From NCBI GenBank assembly GCA_026016205.1, contig CP061209.1, positions 378,330 through 442,329 on the forward strand: DNA of 64,000 nt, in the 5' to 3' direction. Source of the DNA: Methanosarcinales archaeon (GTDB lineage: Archaea; Halobacteriota; UBA148; JAUWXC01). Under the pieces are notes generated by a model. The model was not told where the DNA came from. It ran no database searches and saw nothing but the letters and a program-made list of their open reading frames with translations. This document shows positions 1 through 10,126 of this stretch, piece after piece; the stretch's first letter is position 1; every line of letters begins with the position of its first letter. Position numbers and translations under genes: made by a program.

Positions 1-357
1 GACGATGACACTTCCAAGCCGGTCAGCAGAAATGATGTCATCCATGTTTCCATCTAAATCCGTGACAACTACGTCAGGAAGAATGGCATGCTCCAGCAGC
101 ACTGATGTTGCACCATCTGCGGCGATAATCGTGTGATTGGATATATCGACGTTGTCAAGTTCTTCCTTGAGGGATGGCGCGTTTCCACAAACGATGACGG
201 ATTTTTGGTGAAGCAGTTCGTGTAACTTCTGGGTGCTGAGCGAACGCTTGCCCAGCAATTCTGACAAAATCCTGGCTGAGCGCTCATCCTTGCCCTTGTC
301 AAAGTAGAAGTCCTTCAAAATTTCCTGGTAAATTGGTTCCCAGTCTGTGAAGTCCAT
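1..357 (-). CDS. mptE: 6-hydroxymethyl-7,8-dihydropterin pyrophosphokinase MptE-like (DUF115); N-terminal part, 3' end runs off the window
   Basis: Own translation from ATG at 357 (minus): MDFTDWEPIYQEILKDFYFDKGKDERSARIL..CGNAPSL..IIAADGATS..VVTDLDG, the archaeal MptE/DUF115 pattern. Track ORF 69..302 is an off-frame shadow. Confidence 0.7.
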   Translation of the reverse strand, partial: MDFTDWEPIYQEILKDFYFDKGKDERSARILSELLGKRSLSTQKLHELLHQKSVIVCGNAPSLKEELDNVDISNHTIIAADGATSVLLEHAILPDVVVTDLDGNMDDIISADRLGSVIV

Positions 358-443
358 GATTATCGCCACTACTAACTCGGCCAAGCGTAATAAAGGTGTT
401 CAGGAGGTGAAATTGTTCTTGATTATTTTAGTCCTATGTAATT

Positions 444-899
444 CTATTTTGTAGTCGGGAATCCTTCCGCTTTCCATTGGGTAATCCCTCCCAACATGTT
501 GTAAACTTCTCTAAAATCGAGTTCATTTATTATGCCTAAAGCTATTCCGCTACGGTGTCCGCTTCGGCAATAAATAAGATACGTTTTGTTTTTATCAAGT
601 TTATTAAGCTCATCTCTAAAAGTTTTGGAATAGTAATCTAAATTGATTGCATTTTCTATGTGTCCATTTGTATACTCCTCTGGCGTTCGAATATCTATAA
701 TTATAAAAGTCTGATTCTCTGTATTATTTTGGATCAAAGCATATGCTTCTTTTGCGGTGATATCTTCAATTATCTGGGTTTGTGTTTCTGGCTTTGTGGT
801 ATTGTCTTCATGGTGGATGCATCCGCTTATCAATACAAATGACACTATCAACACTCCCAATAGCGCCAGCATCCCTAATTTTTTCGTATTCATTTTCAT
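444..899 (-). CDS. rhodanese-domain sulfurtransferase, lipoprotein-type signal peptide
   Basis: N-terminal signal plus lipobox (LISGC). Rhodanese fold motifs with active-site loop YCRSGHRS. Confidence 0.75.
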   Translation of the reverse strand: MKMNTKKLGMLALLGVLIVSFVLISGCIHHEDNTTKPETQTQIIEDITAKEAYALIQNNTENQTFIIIDIRTPEEYTNGHIENAINLDYYSKTFRDELNKLDKNKTYLIYCRSGHRSGIALGIINELDFREVYNMLGGITQWKAEGFPTTK

Positions 900-1052
900 T
901 ATGGTTTATATCTCCTCTCTTTTGAATATTTTTCCCATTACGAAGAGATATATTCGACTAATTGACGTGCTAAACAAGGTCCTTATGTAGCCAAGAGTAA
1001 ACGTCACAAACTTTTTAAAAATCAAAAGCTAAGTGTTTAATGGAGACTTTTA

Positions 1053-1727
1053 ATGGGAAAAGTTATCGAAGACATTGCGCTCAGAAATCGCACCTTCATA
1101 TTTCGCGATAGGGCCCATGCAGGAGAGGCATTAGCCGAAAAGCTAAAAGGATACAAAAGCACAGGGGCATGGATCCTTGCCATTCCTGCAGGAGGCGTTC
1201 CCGTGGGATTTATCATGTCAAAAAAGCTGAAGCTTCATTTTGACATAATTCTCGTTAGAAAAATTCACATCCCGTGGAACAGGGAGGCGGGCTTTGGCGC
1301 GATAAGTTGGGATGGAGTCGTTCTTTTTAATGAGCCCTTGCTCCAGTCACTTGATTTAACTGAAGAGGAAATCAATAGTTGTATCGAGATGGAAAAGGAG
1401 GACATCATCAAGCGAATGAGGTTGTTTAGGGGCGATAAATCCTTTCTCGACCTAAGAGGTAAAACCGTCATTTTAGTCGATGACGGTATGGCCTCAGGTT
1501 TTTCCATACTTGCAGCGATAGAGTCCGTAAAGCGAAGGGATGTAAAGGAAATCGTAGTTGCTGTCCCCACCGGCTCAAAAAATGCCATAAATTTGGTGGA
1601 GCCGCACGTGGATAAGCTTGTCTGCCTCAACATCAGATCTGGTCCAATCTTTGCCGTGGCCGATGCCTACAAAGCCTGGCGCGATCTCAGGGAAGAGGAT
1701 ATCATGGCGATCCTAAAGGGAAACTGA
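1053..1727 (+). CDS. phosphoribosyltransferase-family protein
   Basis: PRPP-binding motif VILVDDGMASG; IPAGGVPVG loop. Length is typical of the putative-PRTase family. Confidence 0.65.
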   Translation: MGKVIEDIALRNRTFIFRDRAHAGEALAEKLKGYKSTGAWILAIPAGGVPVGFIMSKKLKLHFDIILVRKIHIPWNREAGFGAISWDGVVLFNEPLLQSLDLTEEEINSCIEMEKEDIIKRMRLFRGDKSFLDLRGKTVILVDDGMASGFSILAAIESVKRRDVKEIVVAVPTGSKNAINLVEPHVDKLVCLNIRSGPIFAVADAYKAWRDLREEDIMAILKGN

Positions 1728-1764
1728 GTATTCAAAATAAAATGGCTGTAGAAAATACCTACTA

Positions 1765-4700
1765 TTATCTCTCAACACCAAACTCCATCTCAACGCCTTC
1801 CACGATCCAGCACTTCACTAGGTCGCCTTTTACCTTAATCGCAGGGGTGATATCAAGCCTCTTTGCCCTTACCTCTGTGGAGATAAACGTCTTCCGGTTT
1901 TCTATTAGGTGCACGACATCCTTACTTTTGATCTGCACAAGCACGTTTATCTTATCCTCCACGTTCAAGTCCAGCTCTTTCCTCATGTCCTGAATCCTGC
2001 GAATAATTTCCTTGGCATATCCTTCCGCTTTTATTTCATCCGTGAGTTCAGCATCCACATACACGCGCCCCTTTGAAAATTCAGCCGCGCCAATGTGCTC
2101 CGGCAGCGATTCCCTGAAATGAACCATATCTTTTGTAATTTTGATCTCACCCTTGTCTAATTTAAGTCGGTATCCCTTGGCAATCTCCTTTCTGAGCGCT
2201 TTGCCGTCCATTCTCTCTAGCACATGGATTACCTTGGCTGCATTTTCCTTGAACTTGGGTCCGATAACGCTCTGATCCGGGAGCACTTCCAGGCGGACTT
2301 CATCCCATTCCTCGCCTACTTTGAGCAGAACAACCTCCTTCACGTTCGCCTGTGCCTTAATCACATCTTTAAGCAGTCGAGTTGCCTTTATGACTTCTTC
2401 GTCATCAGGCGCAACTATGATTCTCTTCACGGGCCATCTCAGCTTTCGTTTCACCTTCTGGCGCGCAGTAGAGGTGGCATCTACAATCGAGCGGGTGATG
2501 TCCATATGCGCTTCTAGGGTTTTGTCCACTAAACTCTCGTCAACCTTGGGCCAGTCGCACATGTGGACCGACGCTCCTGCTGGCGCAAGATTCTGGTATA
2601 TCTCTTCTGCCATGAAGGGCGCGAACGGTGCGAGTAATCTGGTAGTTGTTATCAGCGCATCATATATCGCCCTGTATGCAGCCAATTTGTCCGGGTCTTC
2701 AGCCTCCACCCATGTCCTGGGCCTAATTAGCTGGATATACCAGTGCGAGAGGTCTTCAAGCACAAAATTTTGAAGCGCTCTTGTGGCAAGATGCAGTTCA
2801 CAGGTCTCTATCGCCTCTTCAACTTCCTTGATTAACGACTGCGTCCTTGAGAGAATCCACTTGTCTTCCAGGCGGAGGTTCTTGGATACGGACGCCAGCG
2901 ACACCACGGAGGGGTCAAAATTGTCAAGTGCCATATACGGCAGCGGAAACCGATAGACATTCCATAGTATGTCCAGCGTGCGGCGCACGTTTTGAATCTC
3001 TTTCCAGTTGAATTTAATATCCTCCCACGGGGCATTTGCCAGCAACAGATAAAAGCGCAGCGTATCTGCGCCATATTTGTCGATAACTTCTTCCGGGGTT
3101 ATGACATTCCCATGGCTCTTGGACATCTTTCTTCCAAGTTCATCAAGGGTGAAGCCATGCATCAGTACGCTTTTGTATGGCGCCCTGTCGAACGCTACTA
3201 TGGATGCGCCTAACTGTGAGTAAAACCACCCCCTCGTCTGGTCATGACCCTCTACGATAAAATCAGGGGGCCACCACTTTCCAAACTTCTCTCTGTCGCA
3301 CGGGAATCTCAGGGTAGCCCAGGATGCAACTGCGGAATCAAACCAGACATCAAACACGTCTTTTACGCGATGCATGGTCTTTCTGCACTTGGGGCATGTG
3401 AGCGTAACCTCGTCAATATGCGGCCTGTGAAGGTCAGGAGGTATTCCAGCTTTTTCCTTCAGTTCATCAAGCGTGCCAACAACTTCAATCGCACCGCATT
3501 CGCATGTCCAGATTGGCAATGGAATGCCCCAATATCTCTGGCGCGAGATGCACCAGTCTCTAGCACCCTCGACCCAATCCCTGAACCTTGCAGAGCCAGC
3601 CCATTCCGGATACCATTTTACCTGTTCAATGGCATCGAGCATTTTCTCCTTCACTGAAGATACCTTGATGAACCACTGTTTTGTCGCCAGGTATATGATG
3701 GGCGTTCCACAGCGCCAGCAATGGCCATATCTATGCGTTACCCTGCCATGGGCGAGGAGATGCCCTCCCTTCTCCAAGTCCTCTATAACCTGTGAATTGG
3801 CATCGAAAACATATTTTCCAGTGTATGTACCTGCATCTGCTGTGTATCGTCCGTCCGGTCCCACCGGGCAGAAGATGGGCAGATTGCGCTCCACACCTAG
3901 CAGGAAGTCATCTAATCCATGCCCTGGAGCTATGTGCACGCATCCCGTATTCTCGGCAGTAACGAAATCTGCCATGTATACCTTGTGCTTAAACTCCTTT
4001 TGCCTTGGGACAAGATTCTCTAAAGGATGCTGATACTCCATGCCAGCGACATCTTTGCCAAGCATGGCCTCTATGATATCGTAATCCTGATAGCCGCCCT
4101 CTTTCAAGATTCGCTCTACCAGCTCAGAGGCAAGAATAAGTATCTCCTCTTTTCCATCACGCTTGGCGCGCACCCTTGCATACTCAAAGCTGGGATGCAC
4201 GGCAACAGCGATGTTGGAAGGAATTGTCCATGGCGTGGTAGTCCAGATAACAATGTATGTATCCTTCTCGCCCACAACCGGAAATTTGACATAAATCGAA
4301 TGGTCGGTCCTGTCCTTGTACTCGACTTCAGAATCGGCTATCGCAGTTTCGCATCTGGGGCACCAGTTCACGACTCTCCTGCCCTGCTCAAGCAGTCCCT
4401 TCTCATGTGCCTGTTTCAGCGTCCACCATGCCGCCTCGATATATTCATCGGCAATTGTTATGTAGGGATTTTCCCAGTCAAGCCACACTCCCAAGCGTTG
4501 AAACTGTGCAGTCATCTGGTCCTTGTGCTGAAGGGCGAAGCGCTTGCAGGTATCTATAAATTTATCCACCCCGTATGCCTCGATATCTTTTTTGGTCTTG
4601 AAGCCCAGAGACTCTTCGACCTTGACTTCAATGGGCAGTCCGTGCATGTCCCATCCAGCTCTATCGAGGATGTCAAATCCCTTCATCGACTTGTAGCGAA

Positions 4701-4911
4701 GCACCACATCCTTGATGATTTTGTTCCATGCCGTTCCCAGGTGGATGCTCCCCGTGGTGTAGGGCGGACCATCCACGAAAAAGAATTTGCACCCACCTTT
4801 TCGGTGCTCTCGTGTGCTGGAATATGCTTGTGTATCCTCCCACAACTTGATGACGTTCTTCTCTATCTTCTGCGGGTCGTAATGACTTGGTACTTCCTTG
4901 ATCACAATCAT
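1765..4911 (-). CDS. ileS: isoleucyl-tRNA synthetase
   Basis: 1048 aa. Class I motifs [14 protein letters not shown] (HIGH) and KMSKSHGN (KMSKS); Zn-type CPRC/CWRC clusters; editing domain length. Confidence 0.95.
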   Translation of the reverse strand: MIVIKEVPSHYDPQKIEKNVIKLWEDTQAYSSTREHRKGGCKFFFVDGPPYTTGSIHLGTAWNKIIKDVVLRYKSMKGFDILDRAGWDMHGLPIEVKVEESLGFKTKKDIEAYGVDKFIDTCKRFALQHKDQMTAQFQRLGVWLDWENPYITIADEYIEAAWWTLKQAHEKGLLEQGRRVVNWCPRCETAIADSEVEYKDRTDHSIYVKFPVVGEKDTYIVIWTTTPWTIPSNIAVAVHPSFEYARVRAKRDGKEEILILASELVERILKEGGYQDYDIIEAMLGKDVAGMEYQHPLENLVPRQKEFKHKVYMADFVTAENTGCVHIAPGHGLDDFLLGVERNLPIFCPVGPDGRYTADAGTYTGKYVFDANSQVIEDLEKGGHLLAHGRVTHRYGHCWRCGTPIIYLATKQWFIKVSSVKEKMLDAIEQVKWYPEWAGSARFRDWVEGARDWCISRQRYWGIPLPIWTCECGAIEVVGTLDELKEKAGIPPDLHRPHIDEVTLTCPKCRKTMHRVKDVFDVWFDSAVASWATLRFPCDREKFGKWWPPDFIVEGHDQTRGWFYSQLGASIVAFDRAPYKSVLMHGFTLDELGRKMSKSHGNVITPEEVIDKYGADTLRFYLLLANAPWEDIKFNWKEIQNVRRTLDILWNVYRFPLPYMALDNFDPSVVSLASVSKNLRLEDKWILSRTQSLIKEVEEAIETCELHLATRALQNFVLEDLSHWYIQLIRPRTWVEAEDPDKLAAYRAIYDALITTTRLLAPFAPFMAEEIYQNLAPAGASVHMCDWPKVDESLVDKTLEAHMDITRSIVDATSTARQKVKRKLRWPVKRIIVAPDDEEVIKATRLLKDVIKAQANVKEVVLLKVGEEWDEVRLEVLPDQSVIGPKFKENAAKVIHVLERMDGKALRKEIAKGYRLKLDKGEIKITKDMVHFRESLPEHIGAAEFSKGRVYVDAELTDEIKAEGYAKEIIRRIQDMRKELDLNVEDKINVLVQIKSKDVVHLIENRKTFISTEVRAKRLDITPAIKVKGDLVKCWIVEGVEMEFGVER

Positions 4912-5021
4912 TCACCTATGACTATCGCGTTTCTGAATTGACATCATCACAATTGAAGATTTCGATGATATTACTAATAATTACAAGGGGAAGATAAGAT
5001 AAACATAACATATATATAATA

Positions 5022-5393
5022 GTGACAATAACTTGGTATAAGGAGGGGGTTATGACGCCATCCATCATTGAACTGATTCAATTATCCCACTTTTTACTTT
5101 GCATTTTAATTTTATTAATGACTATTGATTTTGCTCTAACATGCCGTAAGGTTGGCTTTGAATTGTTTAGAGCAAAGCTATTTTTGAATAAATCATTGTT
5201 GCAATGGACTCTGGTCGCCTTCGGTTTCGCTTTATTCCTATTGGCGTTTGGCGAGTGGTGTGGCTTTTGCCAGTGTTGTGAATCCGTAATAGTACGCACA
5301 TTACACGAACTCGCTGCTACCATCTTTATCATACTTGTTCTTTTCATAGGATATAGGTGGCGCAATGTAATCAAACAATGCGTGCCTAAATAA
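5022..5393 (+). CDS. hypothetical small membrane protein (about 3 TM, Cys-rich loop)
   Basis: Hydrophobic segments FLLCILILLMTIDFAL, LVAFGFALFLLAF and ATIFIILVLFIGY. ATG at 5052 is the likelier start. No recognised family. Confidence 0.3.
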   Translation: MTITWYKEGVMTPSIIELIQLSHFLLCILILLMTIDFALTCRKVGFELFRAKLFLNKSLLQWTLVAFGFALFLLAFGEWCGFCQCCESVIVRTLHELAATIFIILVLFIGYRWRNVIKQCVPK

Positions 5394-5504
5394 GAAAAAT
5401 AGGGTGACAAACCACAACAAAAAACAGGCAACTGCGCACCCCCCTAGTAAGCACGAAAGGTTAAGTTCTTAAACTCCAATACAACATATACCGGAGGGGT
5501 TACC

Positions 5505-6464
5505 ATCAACGAGGAAATCTGGACCGAAAAATATCGACCGAGAACATTAGGTGAAGTCGTTGGACAGGACTCAATTGTCGAGCGCTTAACATCGTACGTG
5601 AAGACCGGCGGCTTGCCGCATTTGCTCTTTGCCGGTCCTCCTGGCGTGGGAAAGACCGCAGCAGCCATTGCCCTCACAAGAGATATGTTTGGAGAGGGAT
5701 GGAGAAATAATTTTATAGAACTCAACGCCTCGGATGAACGGGGCATAGACGTCGTGAGGAACAAGATTAAGACCTTCGCACGAACCGCCCCTTTGGGCAA
5801 GGCAACGTTCAAAATCATCTTTCTCGATGAATCCGATGCGCTCACGCCTGATGCGCAGTCCGCGCTGAGACGGACGATGGAGCGATTTACCTCCACATGC
5901 AGATTCATATTGAGTTGCAATTATTCATCGAAGATCATCGCACCCATACAGTCCAGGTGCGCGGTATATCGATTCAGGCCAATATCTGACAAAGACGTCG
6001 AGAAACGCATTGAGCACATCGCAAAGGAAGAGGAGCTGAAGCTCGCCGACGATGGACTGGAGGCAATTAAGTATGTGGCAAGAGGGGATATGCGCAGGGC
6101 TGTCAATACGCTGCAGTCAGCGGCGGTTCTCGGCAAGAAAATCGATGCGGAGACGATATACCAGACGGTTGCAATGGCGCGCCCGGAAGAAGTGAATGAG
6201 TTAATCGAACTCGCGCTGAAGGGCGACTTCATGAAGGCAAGGGACAAGTTGGACGTGCTGCTGATTAACCAGGGGTTATCGGGAGAAGATATAATAGACC
6301 AGATTCACAGGGCAGCGACAAATTTGGATGGGGTATCTGAGAAGATGAGGGTCGAACTGCTTGACAAGATCGGTGAGGTCGATTTCAGGCTGACAGAAGG
6401 CGCAAACGAAAGAATTCAGTTAGAGGCGCTGATAGCGCATTTTATGCTGGCTGGGAAGAAGTAG
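5505..6464 (+). CDS. rfcS: replication factor C small subunit
   Basis: Walker A GPPGVGKT, DESD (FLDESDALT) and SRC motif QSRCAVYRF. The conserved EIWTEKYRPRTLGEVVGQD lies upstream of the first GTG (5598). The start is placed at ATC 5505 behind GGAGGGG, so the 5' end is uncertain. Confidence 0.85.
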   Translation: MNEEIWTEKYRPRTLGEVVGQDSIVERLTSYVKTGGLPHLLFAGPPGVGKTAAAIALTRDMFGEGWRNNFIELNASDERGIDVVRNKIKTFARTAPLGKATFKIIFLDESDALTPDAQSALRRTMERFTSTCRFILSCNYSSKIIAPIQSRCAVYRFRPISDKDVEKRIEHIAKEEELKLADDGLEAIKYVARGDMRRAVNTLQSAAVLGKKIDAETIYQTVAMARPEEVNELIELALKGDFMKARDKLDVLLINQGLSGEDIIDQIHRAATNLDGVSEKMRVELLDKIGEVDFRLTEGANERIQLEALIAHFMLAGKK

Positions 6465-6909
6465 CGATTAGCGTTCCATATGCCTCATCCGCCAAATGGC
6501 TGATATCGACTCCGCGCTCCTTTGCCACCAGAAGGGCAGTCACTTCTATCATTAGTTGTAGGCGCTCCTGCTTTTCGTTCACCAGCGCTATGGCCTCTTT
6601 TCTGCTCACTCCGGTCGTCATGATCAGGTCGATGATTCTATCAAATAGCGGTTGCTCCTTGAGTTGACTCAACTCTGGCTTGAATCCAAGCGGAATTTCT
6701 ACGGTTGCGGCATCAAAATTGGGGCTTATCTCATCACCTTTCACGGCTACAAGTCCTGCTTCTTTTGCGACCTGTAATACCCTCTTTGCCTGCTCTGGCG
6801 AAAACCATCCCAGGTCCAGGGAGAGGGCAAATATAAACTCACTCACCATCAGGACGGTCTTCCCTCTCTTTCTAAATGGCATAGCAACTGTCCGCATCAG
6901 TTCGGTCAT
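6442..6909 (-). CDS. DUF2240-family archaeal protein
   Basis: VAMPFRKRGK..SEFIFALSLDLGWFSPEQAKRVLQVAKEAGLV matches my recollection of the DUF2240 signature. Convergent 23-nt overlap with rfcS. Confidence 0.6.
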   Translation of the reverse strand: MTELMRTVAMPFRKRGKTVLMVSEFIFALSLDLGWFSPEQAKRVLQVAKEAGLVAVKGDEISPNFDAATVEIPLGFKPELSQLKEQPLFDRIIDLIMTTGVSRKEAIALVNEKQERLQLMIEVTALLVAKERGVDISHLADEAYGTLIATSSQPA

Positions 6910-6983
6910 TTTCTCTCATCACGCTATAGAGCGAAAGGTACAAATAATATTCTGCTTCAGTTGGTTAGACACGAGGACTAGAA

Positions 6984-7361
6984 ATGAAATGGCAGGGCAA
7001 ATCAACACGCAAGATGACTGGCGGCAGACTGATATCATCAAGAGGCAAGATGAAGCATGAATTAGGGCGCGAAGCTACGCAACCACATCTTGGAGACGTA
7101 AGACAGATAGACGTGCGCGTCAGAGGGGGCGCGAAGAAGGTGCGCCTTTTCCAGTGCGACGTTGCTAACGTCACGGATCCCAAGACAGGCAAGACAAAGG
7201 CGACAAAAATCGAAACTGTGGAGGAGAATCCTGCAGACCAGCACTATGTACGGCGTAACATCCTGACAAAGGGCGCAATCGTCAAGACTGCGCTGGGGAA
7301 GGCGCGAATCACATCTAGACCAGGGCAGGATGGTATTGTGAATGCGGTACTGGTTGAGTAA
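6984..7361 (+). CDS. rps8e: 30S ribosomal protein S8e
   Basis: MKWQGKSTRKMTGGR..VRVRGGAKKVRL..NILTKGAIV..ITSRPGQDG, the typical S8e pattern at 125 aa. Confidence 0.9.
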   Translation: MKWQGKSTRKMTGGRLISSRGKMKHELGREATQPHLGDVRQIDVRVRGGAKKVRLFQCDVANVTDPKTGKTKATKIETVEENPADQHYVRRNILTKGAIVKTALGKARITSRPGQDGIVNAVLVE

Positions 7362-7485
7362 GTTACACTATTTTCCGATTTGTTGCACAAGATAGCAAAG
7401 TTTATAGTGAGACAAAAGAAGATTAATTTTAAGTAAACATGCAAAACTCTGAGGGGACGGGTTTGGGGCTTTACGTGAGGATATT

Positions 7486-8088
7486 ATGAAAGTTATGAAA
7501 GGAAAGATCGCGGTAGTTTTATTTTTGGTATTGAGTATATTGGTTGTATCGTTTTCGGGATGCGTTGAGCCAGAAGTGACAACAAAGCCCAACGCAACAC
7601 CGACTATAACACCGACACCTACAACAACCCCAACGGCAACGTCATCACCAAGGGGGAGTTACCAGAATCCGGCAGATGTATCTGAAACTGTAATAGTTAC
7701 ATATCTTGGAGAGACGTTTGAAATCACGGTTTTAGATGTTGAAAGAGGAGAGACGGTTTGGCAAGAATTATATGCAGCAAACATGTTCAATGAGGAGCCC
7801 AAGCAAGGATTTGAGTATTTACTCACGAAGGTTAGAGCGGCTCACACATCTGGAGAATCCTCGACATACGTTTCAAGCTTTAGTTTTAATGCATATGCTG
7901 AAAGTGTTGGATATGATTCGGCATTCGTGGTTTTACCAAAAGATAGACCTGGGCTCGATGGTGTTGATTTAATGCCAGGAGGTCAGACTGAAGGTTGGAT
8001 TTGTTTCGAGGTGCCAAAGAACAAACCAGTACTTATTGCATATGAATATCTGTTTGAGCCTGCATGTTTCATAAATGTGGGCTCTTAA
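7486..8088 (+). CDS. secreted lipoprotein with Pro/Thr linker, DUF4352-like beta domain
   Basis: Signal plus lipobox (SFSGC). TPTITPTPTTTPTAT linker. C-terminal domain resembles DUF4352 (GWICFEVPK). Confidence 0.5.
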   Translation: MKVMKGKIAVVLFLVLSILVVSFSGCVEPEVTTKPNATPTITPTPTTTPTATSSPRGSYQNPADVSETVIVTYLGETFEITVLDVERGETVWQELYAANMFNEEPKQGFEYLLTKVRAAHTSGESSTYVSSFSFNAYAESVGYDSAFVVLPKDRPGLDGVDLMPGGQTEGWICFEVPKNKPVLIAYEYLFEPACFINVGS

Positions 8089-8166
8089 CATGGGTCATGA
8101 CAGCTTCTACGTGGCAGTGACCGCGGCAAATTTAGAGGGCAGGACACTAGAAATAGAAGAATACTC

Positions 8167-8565
8167 TTGATAATGGTAGTGGTAATATTGGTAGAGAAAA
8201 CAATTAAACCGGACCCTGATGAAAAATACTGTTCAGAATGTGGTGCGATCATTAAAAAGGCTGCCGAAATTTGTCCTAAGTGTGGAACTCGTGTTATAGG
8301 GCTAAGTAAAACTCATATTCAAACTGTACAATTAAAAAATCCAGGACTTGCAGCGTTGGCATCTTTTCTTTGGTGTGGTGCAGGTCAAGTGTATAATGGT
8401 CAGATCCTCAAAGGGATTATATTGCTAATCGCCTACGTAATATCAATCGTTTTGATTATTATTGGGATAGGGCTTATAACAACTCCTTTATTGTGGATTT
8501 ATGGCATCTATGATGCTTACAAAACAGCAGAAAAAATAAATGCTGGAGATATAGTTATAGGATGA
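8167..8565 (+). CDS. zinc-ribbon membrane protein
   Basis: CSECG..X10..CPKCG ribbon, then 2 TM with a GAGQVYNGQILKG motif. ATG at 8173 is the likely start. AT-rich. Confidence 0.55.
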   Translation: MIMVVVILVEKTIKPDPDEKYCSECGAIIKKAAEICPKCGTRVIGLSKTHIQTVQLKNPGLAALASFLWCGAGQVYNGQILKGIILLIAYVISIVLIIIGIGLITTPLLWIYGIYDAYKTAEKINAGDIVIG

Positions 8566-8569
8566 TATA

Positions 8570-9034
8570 ATGCCGCGAGAAAAAAGAGCAGACGAGATTT
8601 TCTGTGAAAGCTGTGGTGAACCGATTAAAAAAGTGGCGGAGATTTGTCCACATTGTGGAGTTCGGAATATAAGGTATGAAAGAGCCAGTACCCAAATGAT
8701 ATCGAAGCCACAACGTAAATTTATCCATGCCCCATCACAATATGAAACAACAGTTTCTGAGAACTGGTATTATCTTGTTGGAGCTTGTACTGCACTTTGG
8801 GTCATAGGGTTTGTACTCATGGAAATTTGGGAGGGTGCCGCAGTTTTAATATTTATTATTGCGTGGATCGGGCTTCCCATAGGTATTTATTTTGATATGC
8901 AATATGTCAGAGCAAATTCTCGTTGGAACCCTAACACTATTGGATGGTTAATACTTTCTATAATTTGGTTTGTTAATATAATAGCTGGTCTTGTCTATCT
9001 ATATCGGAGACATGAAACTCTGGGGATTCCATAG
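8570..9034 (+). CDS. zinc-ribbon membrane protein (paralogous ribbon, different membrane domain)
   Basis: CESCGEPIKKVAEICPHCG is nearly identical in pattern to the upstream gene's ribbon. 3-4 TM segments follow. Confidence 0.55.
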   Translation: MPREKRADEIFCESCGEPIKKVAEICPHCGVRNIRYERASTQMISKPQRKFIHAPSQYETTVSENWYYLVGACTALWVIGFVLMEIWEGAAVLIFIIAWIGLPIGIYFDMQYVRANSRWNPNTIGWLILSIIWFVNIIAGLVYLYRRHETLGIP

Positions 9035-9062
9035 AGAAGATGAAGAAGAACGTTAAGATGGA

Positions 9063-10028
9063 TCATACTATTTTTACCTCTCCTCCGACTCCGGCAGAGA
9101 TGGTCTTTAATCCAAGCGCTTCTATGCGCGCTTGCACCTCGGCAATCCGTTCCGGGTATGTATTGATGAACACACTGGGGCCGGTTTGCATGGAAAAGTA
9201 GGCGGGAATGCCTTCCTGACGCATCTTTCTGATTTCACCCATCACCTGAATACTCTCCGGTTTGTATGCGATGAGTCCCTGCTTTCCGGTCATCGTCAGG
9301 CCGTGCAACTCGAGCGAGTCGACCTCTGCCAGAGCTGCAACTTTCTCCAGATCACCGCTCCTGATCGCAGTTTCCATCTCTTCAACCCTTGCGCTGGCGC
9401 TCTTGATCCTTGCTGTGAGGAATGGTGAGCTCATCACCTCTGAGTGCGCCTCCTCTGTCCTGACATCCGAGGGGAGTGGGACGATCACCATGCCAAGGTC
9501 CAAATCCGACTTGGTTGCAATCTTCTCTGCATAAGAACTTTCGTCGTCCTTTCCCGCATACCAGCGCGCATACTCTCCTGCAACGCTTCTGGAAGCAGAG
9601 CCTGCGAGTATTCTTGCAATTCTAGATATCAGTTTCAGGTCCCATCCATATTTCTCATCTAGGTCAGTAGCCTTAAATGCAGCAGCCGCCAGTGCAGCCC
9701 CTCCGGAAGAGGAAAAACCCAGCCCTTTTGCATCAGCATAGTCGATGCTATTCGCAGATGTCACTTTGACCCTGTCCCCTACGCCAGCCAGTTCCCTTAC
9801 CCTGTTCACCACGACCAGACACCGCTGAAAAGCATCTCCCTGAATTGGTTTGTTATTTATCTCGATATAGTCCTGTTCAAAATCGCCGAATTCAACGCTC
9901 GTTTTCGTCCAGAGCGCGTCCACGTTAACGGAAATACTGTCATGAAACGGTATTCTCAGTTCCCAGTCTTTAAGGCCGTGGTACTTGACGAGCGCCTGCA
10001 TGGGATGCGCTATTGCCGTGGTCATCAT
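9063..10028 (-). CDS. mevalonate (di)phosphate decarboxylase family protein (GHMP kinase superfamily)
   Basis: AHPMQALVKYHGLKDWELRIPFHDSISVNV matches the MDD N-terminal signature (P.N.A.IKYWGKRD..LP.N.SISV). GHMP motif GLGFSSSGGAALAAA. Confidence 0.65.
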   Translation of the reverse strand: MMTTAIAHPMQALVKYHGLKDWELRIPFHDSISVNVDALWTKTSVEFGDFEQDYIEINNKPIQGDAFQRCLVVVNRVRELAGVGDRVKVTSANSIDYADAKGLGFSSSGGAALAAAAFKATDLDEKYGWDLKLISRIARILAGSASRSVAGEYARWYAGKDDESSYAEKIATKSDLDLGMVIVPLPSDVRTEEAHSEVMSSPFLTARIKSASARVEEMETAIRSGDLEKVAALAEVDSLELHGLTMTGKQGLIAYKPESIQVMGEIRKMRQEGIPAYFSMQTGPSVFINTYPERIAEVQARIEALGLKTISAGVGGEVKIV

Positions 10029-10126
10029 CTTTAATTCCGCCTAGTGCGAGCGATCACACTCTTTAGTAGCAGTGTTGACCACATACTATTTAAGCATAAT
10101 AACGGCTAATCTATAAGTGATACGCG

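Noticed and set aside
69-302. Track ORF of 77 aa on the minus strand.
   Set aside because: It is off-frame relative to the MptE-like reading frame (1..357, minus), which gives a clean conserved translation. The 77-aa product is Cys/Trp/Arg-rich noise.
2224-4941. Series of long plus-strand ORFs (up to 304 aa) antisense to ileS.
   Set aside because: They have no recognisable motifs and low-complexity Ser/Leu/Cys-rich translations. They lie entirely inside a 1048-aa gene with unambiguous class I synthetase motifs, so they are typical shadow ORFs.
7570-7650. ACC/CCG-rich quasi-repeat.
   Set aside because: It encodes the Pro/Thr linker of the lipoprotein. It is not a CRISPR, tandem-repeat locus or phase-variation tract (no homopolymer, and the units are imperfect).
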